The notes below the pieces were generated by a model that saw only the letters and a program-made list of their open reading frames with translations, did not search any database and was not told the origin of the DNA. DNA of 64,000 nt from Acidimicrobiia bacterium (GTDB taxonomy: Bacteria > Actinomycetota > Acidimicrobiia > Spongiisociales > JAENVV01): NCBI GenBank assembly GCA_041577335.1, contig JBFGJH010000009.1, positions 5,177-69,176 of the forward strand, given 5' to 3'. Below are positions 58,224-64,000 of this stretch, one piece after another. The position numbers and the translations under genes were made by a program. Each line of letters begins with the position of its first letter. The stretch's first letter is position 1.

Positions 58224-59534
58224 TTGACGGCGCGCCATTTCCCCAAGATACGGGGCGGACGACCTGCGCCGCCGTGGCTCGTCGAGCACACCGACCGGAA
58301 CATGCACCAGCTCGGGCCGCGCCCGGTGACGCTCGGCGAGTGGAACGACGCCGGCCTCCAGCTGCCCGACCTGGCGGCTATGCGTCGATTTCGGATCGAG
58401 CGGCTTCGCCAGGAGCTGCGGCGCAACGAGTGTGATGCCGCCCTGCTCTACGACCCGATCAACATCAGATACGCCACCGACACAACCAACATGTCGGTGT
58501 GGACCGCCCATAACGCCGTGCGGTATGTGGTGGTGGCGGCCGATGGTCCCGTCGTGATGTTCGAGTATTCCCAGGGGGAGTTCCTGTCGGCGCACTCCGA
58601 GGCCGTCGACGAGATCAGACCTGCCACGTCGCTGGTGCCGTTCTACGTCGGAGACCGAGTGGGGGAGATCGCTGCCCGTTGGGCGGCCGAGATCGTGGAT
58701 CTCGTGGATGCCTCGGCTCGATCCGGCCGGCGGCGCCTCGCCATCGACACGCTCAGCCTCGACAGCATCCGGGCGCTGGAAGCGCTCGACGTTGATCTGG
58801 TGAGCGGAATGCAGATCCTCGAGGATGCGCGGCTCGTCAAGGGTCCCGACGAAATCCTGGCCATGCGGTGTGCGGTTGACTCGTGCCAGCGAGATATCGA
58901 GGACATGCGAGCGATCTTCGAGCCGGGGATCACCGAAGTAGAGCTGTGGGCTCGCCTGCAGCAGGCGAACTTCGAACGGTTTGGCGAGTGGATCGAAACG
59001 CGGTTGTTGTCGTCGGGCCTGCGCACCAACCCGTGGTACCAGGAGGCATCCAGCAAGGTCGTCGAAGCGGGCGAGCTCATGGCGTTCGACACCGACCTCA
59101 TCGGGGCGTACGGCATGTGCGTCGACATGAGCCGCACATGGATCTGTGGCGATGGGAAGCCCACCTCGGCCCAGGCGGATGTCTTCGGGCGGGCTCGCGA
59201 CATGCTCGATCGCAACGTGCCACTATTCGTGCCCGGTATCTCGTATCGCGAGCTCACGGAGAAGCTCACCTATCCCGATCTCAACGAGTTCAACGGCTAC
59301 ACGGTGCTTGCCCACGGCACTGGTCTGGCCGATGAGTATCCGTCGATCTACGTGCGTGAAAGGTGGGAGCTGACCGGGTTCGACGGGGTGGTCGAGGCCG
59401 GCAACGTGTTCAGCGTCGAGGCCTATTGCGGTCGGCGAACCGGGGGAGAAGGCGTGAAGCTGGAAGAGCAGATACTGGTCACCGAGAGGGGACCAGAGCT
59501 TCTGACGACGTATCCGGTGGAGCTCAGCCGCTGA
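58224..59534 (+). CDS. M24-family metalloenzyme, DddP-like DMSP lyase candidate
   Basis: EW..AGL.LPDL..MR, DP.NIRYATD.TNM..W..HN, GEWIETRLL.SG.R.NPW.QE, FDTDL.G.YG.C.D.SR, HG.GL.DE, E..KLE; start uncertain. Confidence 0.75.
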   Translation: MTARHFPKIRGGRPAPPWLVEHTDRNMHQLGPRPVTLGEWNDAGLQLPDLAAMRRFRIERLRQELRRNECDAALLYDPINIRYATDTTNMSVWTAHNAVRYVVVAADGPVVMFEYSQGEFLSAHSEAVDEIRPATSLVPFYVGDRVGEIAARWAAEIVDLVDASARSGRRRLAIDTLSLDSIRALEALDVDLVSGMQILEDARLVKGPDEILAMRCAVDSCQRDIEDMRAIFEPGITEVELWARLQQANFERFGEWIETRLLSSGLRTNPWYQEASSKVVEAGELMAFDTDLIGAYGMCVDMSRTWICGDGKPTSAQADVFGRARDMLDRNVPLFVPGISYRELTEKLTYPDLNEFNGYTVLAHGTGLADEYPSIYVRERWELTGFDGVVEAGNVFSVEAYCGRRTGGEGVKLEEQILVTERGPELLTTYPVELSR

Positions 59535-59551
59535 CTCGCCCTCGCCGATCG

Positions 59552-60976
59552 CTAGTCATGCCGCTCGAGAAACTCGTAGATTTCGGCCATGTCGACGCCG
59601 GGGAACGTACCGGCGGGCAGGGCGGCCAATATCCGACTCTGCGCCTTGGGCGAGGGCCACGCCACGCCGTCCCAGCGGGTGGCGAGATCGGCCGGAGGGA
59701 TGCGGCAGCATTCACCGTCGGGGCATCGCGATTCTGAGTGGCGGGTCGTGTCCCGCCCTCGAAAGAACTGGGCCTCATCGAACCCGGCGCCGACGGTGAT
59801 GGCAGCGAGCGGAGCGCGGTCGGCGGCAATGTGGGTCGAGCACCAGAATGTCCCCACCGGTGTGTCGGTGTATTGATAGTGGATGGCGAACTTGTCATCG
59901 CTGTGAAACGCCTGCCGGGTGCCCCATTGCCGGCACAGGCGCTGACCCTCGATGGCCCCATGTCGATCAGTCGGGAGGGGAATGTCGTTGTTGGCATACG
60001 CCTTCCACACCACCCCCTCTTCGTCAGAGCGAATGAGATGGACGGCCAGTCCCAGATACTCGGTGGCGAGGTTCGTGAAGCGATGAGCCGCCATCTCGTA
60101 GGACACATAGAACCGATCGCGTAACTCCCCAACCGCGAGGTCCCGCGCCTGCTTGGCGGCTTCGAGGATGGGCCGTGCCGATCGAAGTGGCACCAACACT
60201 GCCGATGCGAAGTAGGCCGCCTCCATCCTCTGCCGCAGGAACTCGGCGTATGACTGAGGGTCGCTGTGCCCGAGGGCGTAATGCCCGAGGGTGCGCAGGA
60301 CGACTGATCGTGCTGCCCGGGTGCGGAGCTCGTCACGCTGGGGGATGAAGATCTTTGCGGATCGTTGATCGGTGACCGAGCGCACGGCCGTGGGGAAGTC
60401 TTGAACGGGGTGGATCGTGAACCCGAAGTGTCCGGCGATGTCGCGGAGCTCTCGTTCGGCAAGGGGGCCACTCTCATAGTGGACTGCGGCGAGGGCCGCT
60501 GCTGCGACCTTTTCCAACTCTGGAAAGAAGTTGCCGCGCTCGGCGGCCTCTTGTCGCAATGCAACGGTGGCGCGGCGCCCCTCTTCGGGGGTCGCCAGGG
60601 AATCGGATTCCTGCTCCTTGATTGCTCGGTAGAGGCCGAGGAGGTGCTCGAGCGTGTCATCGGTCATTCCGGCCGAGGGTTTGAGGTGGGGGAGCCCGAG
60701 GGCCCGATATTGGCGCTCGGCCTGTGACTTCTCGAGCTCGATTTCGAGCGCTGCCCGGCGGTTGGGCGGCTCGTTGGACAACAAGACACTGGTCTCGACT
60801 TCCAGCGCGTCGGCGAGGGCGTTGACGAGGGAGAGGTTTGCTTCGCGCTTGCCGTTCTCAACCAACGAAAGCAGTGAAGCCGGCTTGCCCACCATTGTGC
60901 CGAGCTCGGAGAGGGTCAGCCCGGATCGACGGCGGGCGGCACGAACCTGCTGACCAAACATCAGGTGATCGATCAC
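59552..60976 (-). CDS. XRE-family short-chain fatty acyl-CoA regulator (RamB/PrpR-like)
   Basis: N-terminal HTH_3 (LSLVENGKR), IrrE-like middle, VSYEMAAHR; divergent from aceB-aceA. Confidence 0.82.
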   Translation of the reverse strand: MIDHLMFGQQVRAARRRSGLTLSELGTMVGKPASLLSLVENGKREANLSLVNALADALEVETSVLLSNEPPNRRAALEIELEKSQAERQYRALGLPHLKPSAGMTDDTLEHLLGLYRAIKEQESDSLATPEEGRRATVALRQEAAERGNFFPELEKVAAAALAAVHYESGPLAERELRDIAGHFGFTIHPVQDFPTAVRSVTDQRSAKIFIPQRDELRTRAARSVVLRTLGHYALGHSDPQSYAEFLRQRMEAAYFASAVLVPLRSARPILEAAKQARDLAVGELRDRFYVSYEMAAHRFTNLATEYLGLAVHLIRSDEEGVVWKAYANNDIPLPTDRHGAIEGQRLCRQWGTRQAFHSDDKFAIHYQYTDTPVGTFWCSTHIAADRAPLAAITVGAGFDEAQFFRGRDTTRHSESRCPDGECCRIPPADLATRWDGVAWPSPKAQSRILAALPAGTFPGVDMAEIYEFLERHD

Positions 60977-61003
60977 AACTATGCCCTTTCCGTTCGCCTG
61001 GAG

Positions 61004-61087
61004 TAAAAACCCCGAAAGTTAACACTGACAGCGTACCCGATTCGGCCAGCAGGCGACCCATCATGATGAAAACACAGCAAAGTTATC
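61004..61087. promoter_or_regulatory. Candidate RamB-type operator pair
   Basis: Imperfect direct repeat AAAACnCnG(C)AAAGTTA at 61006-61021 and 61069-61085 in the AT-richer divergent spacer. Confidence 0.4.
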
Positions 61088-61097
61088 TCAAGAAGGC

Positions 61098-62686
61098 ATG
61101 GAGTCAATGACGGCAGACATCACGGTTCGCAAAGAAGGCCCGGGTCATATCCTCAGCCAGGAGGCGCTGGCGTTTCTCATCCACCTTCACCGAACATTCA
61201 ACGATCGGCGCATGCAGCTGCTCGAAGAACGCGCCAAACGCCAAGCGCGGATCGACGGCGGGGAAGTACCCACCTTCCTGCCACAGACGGCTGCGATTCG
61301 ATCCGGGGATTGGACCGTGCGGCTGGTCGGCGGAGACTTCCAGGACCGCCGGGTGGAGATCACGGGGCCGGTTGAACGCAAGATGATGATCAATGCGCTC
61401 AACTCGGGGGCCAAGACGTTCATGGCGGACTTCGAGGACTCCAACACGCCATCGTGGAACAACATCATGGACGGGCAAGTGAACGCCTTCGACGCGGTGC
61501 GCGACAACCTGCGTCACGAGACCAAGGACAAGGTATACGAGGTCGGCCCCGAGCCGGCCGTGCTGTTGATCCGCCCCAGGGGCTGGCACCTCGACGAGTT
61601 GAACATCGAAGTCGACGGACGGCCCATGGCAGCGAGCCTCGTCGACTTCGGCCTCTACTTCTTCCACAACGCCCGGGCACTCATCGACCGCGGCTCGGGA
61701 CCCTACTTCTACCTGCCCAAGCTCGAGTCACACCTCGAAGCTCGTTTGTGGGACGACGTCTTCACCGAGTCCGAACGATGGTTGGCGATCGAGCACGGGA
61801 CGATCAAAGCCACCGTCCTCATCGAGACCATCCTGGCGGCTTTCGAGATGGATGAGATTCTCTATGAGCTGCGTGATCACTCGGCAGGCCTCAACGCCGG
61901 CCGATGGGACTACATCTTCTCGATCATCAAGAAGTTTCGGAATGACCCCACCCGGGTGCTACCGGATCGCGCCCAGATCACGATGACCGTTCCCTTCATG
62001 AAGGCGTACACCGATCTCCTCGTGGCTACGTGCCACAAGCGAGGCGCCCACGCCATGGGAGGGATGGCCGCTTTCATACCCAACCGTCGCGATCCTGACG
62101 TGACTGCCCGCGCTCTCGAGAAGGTGACCGCCGACAAACGCCGCGAGGCGAACGACGGATGTGACGGCACGTGGGTAGCCCATCCCGATCTCGTTCCCGT
62201 CGCCCAAGCAGAGTTCGACGCGGTGCTCGGAGATCGACCCAATCAAGTGGTTCGGCACCGGCTCGACGTTGACGTTGCGGCGGCCGACCTGCTGACCACG
62301 ACCGTCGATGGTGGAACGATCACCGAAGCGGGAATCCGAACCAACATCAACGTGGGGATTCTCTACATCGCCTCGTGGCTGCGGGGTAACGGTGCCGCCG
62401 CCCTCTACAACCTCATGGAGGACGCCGCCACGGCCGAGATCTCGCGAAGCCAGATATGGCAATGGGTGCGAACCGGCTCCCGAACCGACGACGGTCAAGA
62501 GATCACCGCAGAGCGAATCCGGGAGATCGCGACCGAGGAAATGGCGCGTATCCGAGAGATGACCGGCGATCAGTTCGCGGCCGGCCGGTACGACGAGGCG
62601 CATGACCTGTTCCTCGATGTCGCCCTCTCCGACGAGTTCATCGAGTTTTTGACACTGCCCGCCTACCAACGAATCGAAGGAGCAAT

Positions 62687-62690
<4 letters not shown>
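61098..62690 (+). CDS. aceB: Malate synthase A
   Basis: [56 protein letters not shown]. Confidence 0.96.
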
Positions 62691-63970
<1,280 letters not shown>

Positions 63971-64000
63971 TCGTCGCAGCAAGTCGGTGGGTCGGCAACA

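Noticed and set aside
60965-60976. 12-bp palindrome GTGATCGATCAC
   Set aside because: It lies in the first codons of the regulator and is built from common words; no second copy was seen.

Overview
A GC-rich, gene-dense 64-kb stretch of actinobacterial chromosome. Acidimicrobiia is an inference from gene content: dnaE2, lhr-nei, F420-type LLM, mycothiol-dependent MDMPI, pepR-dapB...dapA-rnj-ftsK, and a RamB-type regulator with aceB-aceA. About 60 CDSs are supported. I saw no rRNA, tRNA, CRISPR array, transposase or prophage. Main points of interest: (1) an AhpD-like peroxidase split by an in-frame UGA (CHY-U), followed by a SECIS-like hairpin, so probably a selenoprotein; (2) a DddP-type DMSP-lyase candidate next to the glyoxylate-shunt locus; (3) an orphan CobS/CobT-like AAA+/VWA pair with deviant Walker motifs; (4) a 22-bp palindrome (CGATCGGATC-NN-GATCCGATCG) upstream of that pair, which recurs in a second structured spacer; (5) a stand-alone class II aaRS-like protein; (6) an AroQ-alpha/beta-hydrolase fusion; (7) pervasive leaderless promoters. 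All family calls come from motif recognition by eye, not database searches.
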